A program made the translations under genes and the position numbers. Source: Patescibacteria group bacterium (GTDB lineage: Bacteria > Patescibacteriota > Minisyncoccia > Phycocordibacterales > UBA12445). From it: a stretch of DNA of 64,000 nt. The stretch covers positions 75,535 to 139,534 of the forward strand of contig DOAO01000007.1 of the NCBI GenBank assembly GCA_003504275.1, in the 5' to 3' direction. The notes beneath the pieces were generated by a model. The model saw only the letters and a program-made list of their open reading frames with translations, was not told where the DNA came from and ran no database searches. Below, piece by piece: positions 8,547 through 18,425 of this stretch; the stretch's first letter is position 1, and the number at the start of each line of letters is the position of its first letter.

Positions 8547-10415
8547 ATGTGTGGAATAACCGGATTTATAGGAAAAGGGACAAAAAACGACCTGGAAAAA
8601 ATGGTCGCCTCTATAAAGCACCGTGGTCCTGATGCACAGGGGCATTTTTGGAGCGAAGGCATCGCCCTAGGGCACACAAGGCTCAGTATCATAGACCTTT
8701 CTGAGACCGGCTCTCAGCCTATGTTTGATAATAAGAAAGAGATAGGTATCGTTTTTAATGGAGAAATATATAACTTTCCGGAGCTAAGAAAAGAGCTAGA
8801 GAAAAAGGGTTATGTTTTCATGGGTACTTCCGACACAGAGGCGATAATTTATCTATATAAGGAATTTGGCGAAAAATGTTTTGAAAAGATGAATGGGATG
8901 TTCGCTGTCGCCATATATGATTTCAAAAAAAATAAGCTCGTGCTCGCCAGGGATAGAATGGGAAAGAAACCATTATATTGGGGTATTTTTCAAGAGACTT
9001 TAATTTTTGGTTCCGAACTCAAGTCATTAATTTCCCATCCTCTTTTTAAAAAAGAGATTGATTTAAATTCTGTAAATAAATATCTTCAGTATGATTATGT
9101 TCCGTCACCTCATTCTATTTTTAAAAATGTTTACAAATTAGAACCGGCAAGTTATCTTCTTTTTGAAAAAGGTAAAATAGAGAAAAATAAATTCTGGAGA
9201 GCAGACCTCACTCCTAATAAAATTACCTTCAAGGAAGCGTTAGGGGAGTTTGATAGTAATATGAATAGTAGTGTCGCCTCAAGACTTGTTTCCGATGTGC
9301 CTCTCGGTATTTTTTTGAGCGGGGGATTAGATAGTTCCGCGATAGCTTATTATGCGCAGAAGAATTCCAAAGATAAGATAAAAACTTTTTCAATCGGTTT
9401 TAAGGAGGATAGTTTTGATGAATCCAAATATGCCAGACAGGTTGCAGAGCACTTAGGTACCGAGCATTATGAGAAGATTTTAAGTGCCAAAGATTCTCTT
9501 GATTTGATACCCAAAATAGCTGATATTCTGGATGAGCCCGTTGCTGATGCTTCTATAATACCGACATACTTACTTTCTAAATTTACTAAAGAGAGGGTAA
9601 CTGTCGCACTAGGCGGTGATGGGGGTGACGAACTTTTTGCTGGATATCCGACATTCCAGGCTGATTCAATAGTTGGTCTTTATGAGAGCATCCCCGAATT
9701 TATGAGGAAGGGGATAATTGAAAAGGTAATAAAAAGTATTCCCGCATCAGACAAGAATTTTAGTCTGGGATTCAAGCTTAAAAAATTTATTAGCGGGTTG
9801 GGTGTTAATAAAAAATACTTACACCAAACATGGCTCGGCAGTTTTGGAAAAGAAGAGAGAAAAAATTTATTTAAAAATGAAGCTTGGGAAAAGTTAGTTA
9901 ATGAGAATGAGTTTGAGGATATAGATACATATATGAATGAAGTAAAAGACAGTGACCCGAGGAATAAGATTCTATATTTATATATGCGAACATATCTTAT
10001 GGACCAGGTACTTGTGAAGGTTGACAGGGCTAGTATGGCGAACGCCATGGAGGTCAGAGCACCATTCCTAGATACAAGTATTGTCGAATTCGCCAACTCT
10101 CTGCCTTACATATATAAATATAAGAATTTTCAGACCAAATATATACTTAAGAAGCTTATGGAAGGTAAACTTCCGCAGAATATTATACATAGAAGCAAGA
10201 AAGGTTTCGGTATTCCACTCGGCAAATGGCTCAAAGAGGACTTGAGGGGATTTTGTGATAAAACATTGTCTAAGGATAATTGTGATAAATTCGGCTTGTT
10301 TAATTATGAATTTATTAATAAACTTAAAAACGAGCACTTTTCTGGAGTTAAGGACAATAGGAAGTTGCTCTGGAATTTAATAGTATTATTCCTGTGGAGG
10401 GAAAAGTGGATTTAA
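8547..10415 (+). CDS. asnB: asparagine synthase (glutamine-hydrolysing) family amidotransferase
   Basis: N-terminal MCGITG (Ntn Cys2), SGGLDSS PP-loop, and ~620 aa length. Confidence 0.8.
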   Translation: MCGITGFIGKGTKNDLEKMVASIKHRGPDAQGHFWSEGIALGHTRLSIIDLSETGSQPMFDNKKEIGIVFNGEIYNFPELRKELEKKGYVFMGTSDTEAIIYLYKEFGEKCFEKMNGMFAVAIYDFKKNKLVLARDRMGKKPLYWGIFQETLIFGSELKSLISHPLFKKEIDLNSVNKYLQYDYVPSPHSIFKNVYKLEPASYLLFEKGKIEKNKFWRADLTPNKITFKEALGEFDSNMNSSVASRLVSDVPLGIFLSGGLDSSAIAYYAQKNSKDKIKTFSIGFKEDSFDESKYARQVAEHLGTEHYEKILSAKDSLDLIPKIADILDEPVADASIIPTYLLSKFTKERVTVALGGDGGDELFAGYPTFQADSIVGLYESIPEFMRKGIIEKVIKSIPASDKNFSLGFKLKKFISGLGVNKKYLHQTWLGSFGKEERKNLFKNEAWEKLVNENEFEDIDTYMNEVKDSDPRNKILYLYMRTYLMDQVLVKVDRASMANAMEVRAPFLDTSIVEFANSLPYIYKYKNFQTKYILKKLMEGKLPQNIIHRSKKGFGIPLGKWLKEDLRGFCDKTLSKDNCDKFGLFNYEFINKLKNEHFSGVKDNRKLLWNLIVLFLWREKWI

Positions 10416-10426
10416 TTTTTTAAAAA

Positions 10427-11194
10427 ATGTCATCAAGCGAACGATTCGGATACGAGTGGGATACTTATTCATTTATGGATGAGAATTATGAAAAACAGTT
10501 CTTAAACTGGACTAGTCCTCTACCTAAAAGTTTTTTCAAAGATAAGTTTATTCTAGACGCTGGATGTGGAATGGGAAGGAATAGCTACTGGCCACTTAAA
10601 TGGGGAGCAAAAGAGGTTGTTTCATTTGATCTTGATGAGCGCTCTGTAAACAGGGCGAAAGAAACCTTGAGGGAGTTTAAGAATTCGGAAGTTTTTCTAA
10701 AAAGTATTTATGAAATAGATTGGAAAGATAAGTTTGATGTGGCTTTTAGTATTGGAGTAATACATCACTTGAAAGATCCTAAAAAAGCCCTCCAAAATAT
10801 TGTGAATGCTTTAAAGAAAGATGGCACCTTGCTTATATGGGTATATAGTTTTGAGGGTAATGAATGGATACCAAGGTATATTGATCCAATAAGAAAAAAT
10901 ATTACATCAAAGCTTCCTGTGGGATTGGTTCATTTTTTGAGTTATTTTTGCTCGGTACCGTTATGGACTTTTGTTAAGATTTTTAGAGGACCAACGGGAT
11001 ATTTAAAACAACTCTCAACTTTTGATTTTTGGCATATTCACAGTATTGTTTTTGATCAGCTTATACCAGATGTTGCAAATTATTGGTCAAAGAAAGATAT
11101 TGAAAAATTATTTTCTGGATTAAATATAAAAGATGTTTCTATTAAGATGCCTCCTAATGGGAGCGGTTGGACAATAATAGGATACAAAAAATAA
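10427..11194 (+). CDS. class I SAM-dependent methyltransferase
   Basis: ILDAGCGMGRNSY motif I and VAFSIGVIHHLKDP. Confidence 0.55.
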   Translation: MSSSERFGYEWDTYSFMDENYEKQFLNWTSPLPKSFFKDKFILDAGCGMGRNSYWPLKWGAKEVVSFDLDERSVNRAKETLREFKNSEVFLKSIYEIDWKDKFDVAFSIGVIHHLKDPKKALQNIVNALKKDGTLLIWVYSFEGNEWIPRYIDPIRKNITSKLPVGLVHFLSYFCSVPLWTFVKIFRGPTGYLKQLSTFDFWHIHSIVFDQLIPDVANYWSKKDIEKLFSGLNIKDVSIKMPPNGSGWTIIGYKK

Positions 11195-11198
11195 TTTT

Positions 11199-11777
11199 AT
11201 GACAAAGGAAATTAAAAAATTAAATCTTGGTGCCGGTGAATTTAAAAAGGATGGATATGTAAATGTTGATTGGCAAGATCTTACAAAACCGGATGTAAAG
11301 CACGATCTCAATGTATTACCATATCCATTTGAAAACAATACTTTTGATTTGATTGAGGCTTTTCATGTTCTGGAACACTTAGATAAACCGTTTAGCATCA
11401 TGTCGGAGCTTCATAGGATTTTGAAACCGGGGGCTATTTTGATAATAAAGGTACCTCATTTTAGTAGGGGGTTCACACACGCTGAACATTCACATGGTTT
11501 TGATGTTACTTTCCCGCTATATTTCAATAGGAATTTCACAAAATCTGGTTATTTTGGGACTGATTTTAAATTAAAAAAATTGAAGCTTAGGTGGTCGGCT
11601 TTTATACACCTCATGCCTTCTATGGGTTACGGGAAGATAAGTCTAACATTGGTTAAAATTGTTGATTTTATTTTCTCGTTTCTGGCTAATCTTAGTCCGA
11701 ATTTTTGCAGTAGAATGTGGTGTTTTTGGGTTGGTGGTTTTGAGGAAATAGAATTTGAATTCATAGCACAAAAATAA
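11199..11777 (+). CDS. class I SAM-dependent methyltransferase (Methyltransf_11-like)
   Basis: LNLGAGEFKKDGYVNVD...FHVLEHLDKP...LKPGAILII. Confidence 0.5.
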   Translation: MTKEIKKLNLGAGEFKKDGYVNVDWQDLTKPDVKHDLNVLPYPFENNTFDLIEAFHVLEHLDKPFSIMSELHRILKPGAILIIKVPHFSRGFTHAEHSHGFDVTFPLYFNRNFTKSGYFGTDFKLKKLKLRWSAFIHLMPSMGYGKISLTLVKIVDFIFSFLANLSPNFCSRMWCFWVGGFEEIEFEFIAQK

Positions 11778-11778
11778 A

Positions 11779-12468
11779 ATGTCTATATTTAGGGAATATT
11801 TTAAAAAATGGCCTATTTTTTACTATTTTGTCGGTACTGTTTTTGGCCCTGTTCTACTTGCGGGGTTAAACCCGCGAGGTTTTTTGAAAAAATATAAAAT
11901 AGACGGAAAGGTTCTTAATATTGGTTCTGGTCCAAGAAGAATTGCCTCCGGGGTTATAAATATGGACATAGAAAAATATGAGGGAGTAGATATTGTTGGT
12001 GATGCAACAAATATGCCTTTTGACGATAATACTATTTCTGCTGTGATTTGTGATAACGTCTTAGAACATGTAAAAGATCCACAGAAGGTGGCAGGGGAGA
12101 TAAATAGGGTTTTAAATGTTGGCGGTGTTGCATATATAAGTACTCCTTTTATTTACCCATTCCACTCTTCCCCATACGACTTCACTAGATGGACCAAACA
12201 GGGATTGGAAAAATTATTTAGTGATTTTGATATCGTGGAAATTGGCTCAAGGTCGGGACCGTTTTCTTCGCTAGTGGTTTGCCTATGTTATCTTTTTGCC
12301 ACGATATTTTCTTTTGGAAATAGTACTATTTATTGGTTTTTGGTAGATCTTTTTATGTTTGTCTTCTTTCCTATAAAATTTTTAGATGTAATCTTTAATT
12401 TTTGGCCCAACTCAATAAATATGGCCGCAGTATTGTATGTAGTTGTCAGAAAAAAAGATGGTCAATAA
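11779..12468 (+). CDS. class I SAM-dependent methyltransferase
   Basis: LNIGSGPRRI...ICDNVLEHVKDP...LNVGGVAYI. Confidence 0.5.
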   Translation: MSIFREYFKKWPIFYYFVGTVFGPVLLAGLNPRGFLKKYKIDGKVLNIGSGPRRIASGVINMDIEKYEGVDIVGDATNMPFDDNTISAVICDNVLEHVKDPQKVAGEINRVLNVGGVAYISTPFIYPFHSSPYDFTRWTKQGLEKLFSDFDIVEIGSRSGPFSSLVVCLCYLFATIFSFGNSTIYWFLVDLFMFVFFPIKFLDVIFNFWPNSINMAAVLYVVVRKKDGQ

Positions 12469-14254
12469 ATATTGGGCAAATCTTAAATTTTTTGTTTCTG
12501 AGCACTTAATAGCTATCTTTTTTGCTTTACTTGTCGGAACTTTGTGCTCACTTCCACAGTTTTTAGCTATCTGGTCTCTGGGGGAACAATATAAAGGAAT
12601 TCCTTTTTTGTATAGTGACTCAGAGTTTGTTTATTTGGCTAGAATACAAGAGATATTTGATGGACATTTGTCCGCAAGTTCACATGTTTTTTATGAATAT
12701 AAGGATTCAGTTTCAATAACACCCCCTTCTGGTGAATATTTTTATTTTTTAGGAAGTAAACTATTGGGAATAAGTATTATCGGATTTGTTTATTTGAGTA
12801 AGCTAATTTTTCCCGCCATTCTTTTTCTTCTCATATATTTTCTTGTTTTACTTCTAACAAAGAAAATAGAAAGTGAGTGTGGTCTCGGTCAAAAATTAAC
12901 GGCTATTCTAGCCGGATTAACCTCCACTATAGGGTATGAATTTTTTAATTATCGCACCCTGATACCACTATTGTCGGGTAATACTCAAAATTTAAATTTA
13001 AATATATGGACAAGGCTTATTAATCCCATAACTGGTGCTATTTTATTATTTTTATTCTTTATATTTTTATTAAAAATAATAGAAGGTAAAAGGAAATTGA
13101 TAATACCAGCGGGAATATTACTTTTTTTGATGATTGGCTACATATTCTCCTTCGGAATTTCGCTATTAACTTGTTTGATATTGAGTATTATTTTTGCAGT
13201 AAAAAAGGAATACCGGATATTTAAAGATCTTCTCTCGGTAATTTTATTTTCCACCATCATCTTTGCTGTTTATATTTTTATATCATTAATGACCAACCCC
13301 TATCCGACAGATTCTCTGAGGATGGGATTGTTTTTGACCCATACTGTTTTGTTAAACAAGCTATTGCTTTTAGTCATTTCTTTTTTTGCTGTTTCGTCTC
13401 TTTATTTTGTTAAAAATAAGACCTTTTTTAAAGATGAGAGAAATAATTGGTGGCTATTTCTTTTGTCTGTTGTTTTGGCCTGTTTTATTTCCTACACACA
13501 GCAGGTTGTGACAGGTATGACTGTTTGGCCACAACACCTCGTCCAATATACAATACCGATTTCTATTATAACTGTTTTAGTTTTATTATTTAACTTTTTC
13601 TCTAATAATTGGAGAAAAATATATATCCCTTTTTTAATAATATTAATTTTTTCAAATGTTTTTATGAGTTTAATGAGTCTATTAACATATAAAAATATTT
13701 TAATTGATTTTATTGACGTTCAAAAATATGGAGAAGCTGTTAATTGGATTAAGTTAAATGCCGAAAAGGACTGTGTTATTTTGTCGTCAGATAATAGAAT
13801 GAATCGGATAATACCGGCACTAACCAGATGTAATGTTTATTTATCCGATTGGGTTTTTTCCGGTGTTCCTATGGACAGAGTAAGGCATAATTATTTTTTG
13901 TATCTTAGACTAAAGGGGATTACCCCAGACACCATAGACAGCTATCTTTCTGAAAATAAAGAAGAGGTCTCCAATCTTTTTTTTAGAGACTGGAAAGATT
14001 TGTTTATGGACAATAATGATCCGTGGCTTAATAAAATAAGTAATAAAAAAGAAATAGAAAATTGGAAGGAAGAATTGAATTTAGATTTGGCGTCCGATTT
14101 CAAAAAATTTATGAATAATGACCTTTTAGAACAAATAAAAAAATATAGAATTGACCATGTTATAATAAACGGCGCCGATATTGGCAAATATAAAGAATTA
14201 AAATTGAATTTAATAGAAGAAACAGGTGATTTTAAAATCTATAAATTAAATTAA
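12458..14254 (+). CDS. polytopic membrane protein, putative GT-C-type glycosyltransferase
   Basis: About 12 predicted TM helices followed by a soluble C-terminal domain. Sits in a GtrA/GT2 neighbourhood. Start set at the internal ATG (MVNKYW); the ORF-track start at 12443 overlaps the upstream gene further. Confidence 0.35.
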   Translation: MVNKYWANLKFFVSEHLIAIFFALLVGTLCSLPQFLAIWSLGEQYKGIPFLYSDSEFVYLARIQEIFDGHLSASSHVFYEYKDSVSITPPSGEYFYFLGSKLLGISIIGFVYLSKLIFPAILFLLIYFLVLLLTKKIESECGLGQKLTAILAGLTSTIGYEFFNYRTLIPLLSGNTQNLNLNIWTRLINPITGAILLFLFFIFLLKIIEGKRKLIIPAGILLFLMIGYIFSFGISLLTCLILSIIFAVKKEYRIFKDLLSVILFSTIIFAVYIFISLMTNPYPTDSLRMGLFLTHTVLLNKLLLLVISFFAVSSLYFVKNKTFFKDERNNWWLFLLSVVLACFISYTQQVVTGMTVWPQHLVQYTIPISIITVLVLLFNFFSNNWRKIYIPFLIILIFSNVFMSLMSLLTYKNILIDFIDVQKYGEAVNWIKLNAEKDCVILSSDNRMNRIIPALTRCNVYLSDWVFSGVPMDRVRHNYFLYLRLKGITPDTIDSYLSENKEEVSNLFFRDWKDLFMDNNDPWLNKISNKKEIENWKEELNLDLASDFKKFMNNDLLEQIKKYRIDHVIINGADIGKYKELKLNLIEETGDFKIYKLN

Positions 14255-14262
14255 AATATATA

Positions 14263-15399
14263 ATGAAAATTTTATATATATTGGAAAATATGGATGGCAA
14301 AGATGGGTGGAGTACTTATGGTCTTTCTCTTATTGATGAGGTTATGGCACTTGGGATGGAGGTTCGTATTATTTCTTCAAAAAATTCGAAAAAATCAAAC
14401 GAGAAGTCGTCTTTTTTGTATTTTTTAAAACCACCAAAGGATTATTTGTTAAATATTTTTAATTGTTTCTCAGCCTCCCGAAAGATAAGGGTGGTAATTG
14501 AAGAGTTTAATCCAGACATTATTCATTTCGTAGTTGAACCTTATTCAAACATACTTTTATTTTTGAGAAGGAATAAAAAAGAGAAATATATTTTAACCGT
14601 GCATGGAACTTATTCATATATTCCTGAACTATTTGACAACCCCATTAAAAAAATTGTATCCGCTCTTATCTGTGGGGTTGTTTTTAATAGTATCGATAAA
14701 ATTATTGCAGTAAGCAACTTCACTTCAAATTACCTGAAAAGCAAAGCCCCATACCTAAGGGATAAAATAATTGTAATTAAAAATGGAATAAAAATAAATA
14801 AAAACGCAAGGACAGTGAAACAAGAAGGCGGTGTAAAGAAAATTACCTATATAGGAGCCGTAAAACCAAGAAAGGGTCTCTACGAAGCTGTGGAGGCTCT
14901 GGGTATTTTTAAACAAAACAGCAATACTCCATTTATTTTTAATATAATTGGTTCATACCACGGAGGTGATTCATACTATGAGAAGATTTTAAACAAAATT
15001 AAAATCAATAAGCTTGAAGAAAATATAAAATTTCTCGGCAGGGTGAGTGACGAAGAAAAAAATTCGTTGTTGTCTGATTCCGATCTGTTTATAATGACTT
15101 CAATAAATAATGGAAAGGACTTTGAAGGTTTTGGTTTGGTATACCTAGAAGCAAATAGTTTTGGTGTACCATGTATTGGCCCCAACGATTCTGGTGCCGT
15201 TGATGCTATAATGGAAGGTGTTAGTGGATTTGTAGTTAATCCTCGCAATTCGAGAGAAATTTGCGATAAGGTAGATTTTATAATTAATAAGAAAGCCATA
15301 AAAAGAGAGGATTGCGTCGATTGGGCTAAAAAAAACGATATAAAGAATAGAATATTGGAAACCGTTGAAGTTTATAAAGATATAAATAATAACAACTAA
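14263..15399 (+). CDS. glycosyltransferase family 4 (GT-B)
   Basis: EGFGLVYLEANSFGVPCIGPNDSGAVDAIMEGVSGFVVNP is the EX7E region of GT4 enzymes. Confidence 0.7.
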   Translation: MKILYILENMDGKDGWSTYGLSLIDEVMALGMEVRIISSKNSKKSNEKSSFLYFLKPPKDYLLNIFNCFSASRKIRVVIEEFNPDIIHFVVEPYSNILLFLRRNKKEKYILTVHGTYSYIPELFDNPIKKIVSALICGVVFNSIDKIIAVSNFTSNYLKSKAPYLRDKIIVIKNGIKINKNARTVKQEGGVKKITYIGAVKPRKGLYEAVEALGIFKQNSNTPFIFNIIGSYHGGDSYYEKILNKIKINKLEENIKFLGRVSDEEKNSLLSDSDLFIMTSINNGKDFEGFGLVYLEANSFGVPCIGPNDSGAVDAIMEGVSGFVVNPRNSREICDKVDFIINKKAIKREDCVDWAKKNDIKNRILETVEVYKDINNNN

Positions 15400-15418
15400 G
15401 AATAATTTTTTTCAAAAA

Positions 15419-16558
15419 ATGTCCTTTTTGTGTAAAAAAAAAATTGTGCTGAGTGCTTCATATGGGTTAGGAAACCTGGGAGATGAGGCAATTTGTAAGA
15501 CTTTGATAGAAGATCTTTTTTCTACTGGTTTGGTTAAAAAAATAACTGTTTTGGTTTTTGATAAGGTTGTTTTTATAAATAATCACCCTGAATTGATAGA
15601 AGAAAAAAGGGTTAGTATAAGAGAGTTTTTTGTTGGCCCCAAGGTATTATTATCTATTACAAAAATATATGATTTTTTGTTTTCAATTTATGATTTGGTT
15701 TACTGTGATTTATTTATTTTGGGTGGTGGTGGTTTAATAAGAAATAGAAACGATTGGTTTAGATTTTATATTCAACCATTAAAAATAGTACAATTTTTTC
15801 ATCGAAAAACGGCGATTTTTTCTATTGGAGTTGATGCGGTTGAGAGGGAAGACGTCATCTTAGGGGTTAACAAGATAAAAAGGGTAGATTTTTTCTCTGT
15901 GAGAGACAATGAATCTAAAAATAATTTGCTAGCAATAAATAAGAATTTTTCTGATGAATTTATAAAAGTGATACCTGATCCGGTTTTTCATATGAAAAGT
16001 ATTTATAATCATTCTCCGGAAAATAAAAAGATCGGCTTTAATTTAACTTCGCCGGATCTTCTGAGCCTTGGTGGAAAAGCGTTTGATAAAGGTAAATTTT
16101 TAAATGATCTGTCTGGAATATTTAATGAATTATTTACAAAAGAAAAGTTTGAGCTTGTTTGTTTACCTACAGATACCCAAAAAGATTCTTTGTTTATGAG
16201 CGACTTCATTTCTTCTTTAAATAAAGAAATACACGTTACTTTAATTAAATTAGAAACCCCAGAGCAATTTTTAAAAGAAGTTTCTCGTTGTCGCTGTTTT
16301 ATTGGTATGAGAATGCACTCATTAATAATGTCTTCAATAATAGAAGGTTTGCCGATATTGGGTATAGTTTATGCCAAAAAGGTTGAAAATATGTTTGGGG
16401 AGATCGGTTTTAAAAATATTGTTTCCGCTGATATAATTTCCGGCAGGGATAGTATCATTAAGTTTTTGAGTAGGCCGGAAGACTATGTTTTTGACTTCAA
16501 ATCTACGAAAGATAGTTCTTACGATGGCACAAAGAAGATCCAATTTTTATTAAGATAA
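15419..16558 (+). CDS. polysaccharide pyruvyl transferase family protein
   Basis: N-terminal GYGLGNLGDEAI and GGGGLI motifs typical of PS_pyruv_trans. Confidence 0.5.
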   Translation: MSFLCKKKIVLSASYGLGNLGDEAICKTLIEDLFSTGLVKKITVLVFDKVVFINNHPELIEEKRVSIREFFVGPKVLLSITKIYDFLFSIYDLVYCDLFILGGGGLIRNRNDWFRFYIQPLKIVQFFHRKTAIFSIGVDAVEREDVILGVNKIKRVDFFSVRDNESKNNLLAINKNFSDEFIKVIPDPVFHMKSIYNHSPENKKIGFNLTSPDLLSLGGKAFDKGKFLNDLSGIFNELFTKEKFELVCLPTDTQKDSLFMSDFISSLNKEIHVTLIKLETPEQFLKEVSRCRCFIGMRMHSLIMSSIIEGLPILGIVYAKKVENMFGEIGFKNIVSADIISGRDSIIKFLSRPEDYVFDFKSTKDSSYDGTKKIQFLLR

Positions 16559-16568
16559 TATATAAATT

Positions 16569-18425
16569 ATGTGCGGAATTTTGGGAATCGTGAGTTCAAA
16601 AGATGAGAATATCTCTGAAAGTGTTTTTAGGGAATCTCTTTCTTTGATGAGTCACAGAGGACCAGATGGTATGAATATAAAGAAGAATGTAGGGTGTATT
16701 CTTGGTCATGTTAGATTATCCATAATAGATCTTTCTGATTTAGGGAAACAACCAATGTACTGTGAGTTTAATAATAAAAAACTCATGATTGTTTTTAATG
16801 GAGAAATTTACAATTATTTAGAAATTAGAGACTCGTTACTAAAAGAAGGTTTTGTATTTAAAACAAAAACAGACACAGAGGTTCTTGTTGCCGCTTATTC
16901 TTTGTGGGGAGAAAATTGTTTAGATAGGCTCAACGGAATGTTTTCTTTTGCTATTTGGGATGTTAATAGGAGGGAGTTATTTGCAGCTAGGGACAGAATA
17001 GGAAAAAAACCTTTCTTTTACTATAAACATGGAGATACTCTTGTTTTTTCTTCAGAAATAAAGGCAATAAGAAATATTTTTCCACAAATACAAATGGATC
17101 CGGAAAAATTTTTTCAGTATTTAGTTTTACCAAATAATTATAATTCTGGGCCAATTGAAACATTTTTTAAAAACATCAAACAACTTCCCGCCGGGCATTT
17201 TATAAAATACAAAGAAGGAGGAGATTTTTTAATAAAAAAATGGTGGAGCTTTTCTGATTTATTAAAGAATTCAAAAAACGAACAGTTTTTACCAGGGGAG
17301 TTTAATTCGATTTTTCTCGACACCTTTAATGATGCTGTTAAAATAAGGACCAGGAGTGATGTAAAAATAGGATTAAGTTTAAGTGGTGGGATTGATTCAA
17401 CCTCAATATTGAGCGCACTTTCTAAAATTTATGACGAAAAAGGTGGGGATATATTTACGTTCAGTCTTTGTCACCCCGGAAGCAGTACTGATGAAAGGGG
17501 TCTCGTTCAGGACACAGTAGATTATTTTAAAAATAAAACTGGCACAAAAATTATTCCGTCTTTTTTTGACTTTCCCAAAACCATATCAGAAGAAGATGTA
17601 ATTAAGTTTTGTAAAATTCACGATGAGCCCGTTAGAAGTTTCGATGTTTATAATCAATTCTTTTTAAATAAAAAAGTACATGAATCTGGGATTAAGGTTC
17701 TGTTGAGTGGGCAAGGGGCAGATGAATTTTTTTGGGGGTATCCACGTTATTATAATGTTAAGGCCCTAGACGATCTAAAAAGAATAAAAGTTATTAATTT
17801 TATTAAGGATGTTTCATATATATCCAGTTTTTATAACAAAAAGTTTCATTCTGTGGTTTTGAATACTTTCTCAATGATGTTTCCTAGCTTATATTTTAAT
17901 AAAAGATTGGATTATTTTAGTCATAATTATTTTTTGAATAAAGATTTATTGAAGCCGGAGCTTCTTTTCAATAGATATAATTTTCTTAATCCCACCGATG
18001 CTAACGCCTTTAGGGTGGCAGAATTAGATTACTCTAGTTTGCCATCTCTCCTGAGAGATGAAGATATAAATAGTATGAGTTTTTCAGTTGAGACAAGAGC
18101 CCCCTATTTAGACTATAGAATAATGGAACTAGCAACGAAGATACCAATAGAAGAATGTTTAAAAAATAGCCAGACTAAGTATTTCAATAGATCTATTTTT
18201 TCCGAATTAATACCTAAAAATATCGCGTGGAGGAAAACAAAGTCCGGTTTTTATGAAAAAAGAACAATGAGATATCTTAATAATTTTGAGATGTTTGCAT
18301 TAAAGGAAATAAAGAAATCAGATTTTATTAAAAATTTTATTAGAATAGGAGATGTTGATTTGAACAACTCGGAATTGCTTTGGAAATTGTTTAACGTTGC
18401 CGTGTTAGATATTAAACATGATTAA
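16569..18425 (+). CDS. asnB: asparagine synthase (glutamine-hydrolysing) family amidotransferase, second paralog
   Basis: MCGILG N-terminus and SGGIDST PP-loop. Clearly diverged from the copy at 8547. Confidence 0.75.
   Translation: MCGILGIVSSKDENISESVFRESLSLMSHRGPDGMNIKKNVGCILGHVRLSIIDLSDLGKQPMYCEFNNKKLMIVFNGEIYNYLEIRDSLLKEGFVFKTKTDTEVLVAAYSLWGENCLDRLNGMFSFAIWDVNRRELFAARDRIGKKPFFYYKHGDTLVFSSEIKAIRNIFPQIQMDPEKFFQYLVLPNNYNSGPIETFFKNIKQLPAGHFIKYKEGGDFLIKKWWSFSDLLKNSKNEQFLPGEFNSIFLDTFNDAVKIRTRSDVKIGLSLSGGIDSTSILSALSKIYDEKGGDIFTFSLCHPGSSTDERGLVQDTVDYFKNKTGTKIIPSFFDFPKTISEEDVIKFCKIHDEPVRSFDVYNQFFLNKKVHESGIKVLLSGQGADEFFWGYPRYYNVKALDDLKRIKVINFIKDVSYISSFYNKKFHSVVLNTFSMMFPSLYFNKRLDYFSHNYFLNKDLLKPELLFNRYNFLNPTDANAFRVAELDYSSLPSLLRDEDINSMSFSVETRAPYLDYRIMELATKIPIEECLKNSQTKYFNRSIFSELIPKNIAWRKTKSGFYEKRTMRYLNNFEMFALKEIKKSDFIKNFIRIGDVDLNNSELLWKLFNVAVLDIKHD

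Noticed and set aside
8344-8692. ORFs 8344-8559 (+) and 8426-8692 (-) spanning the palindromic element
   Set aside because: Both lie entirely in the GC-rich inverted-repeat element between the GT2 gene and asnB. The peptides are Cys/His/Pro-rich nonsense with no start context. They are an artefact of palindrome symmetry.
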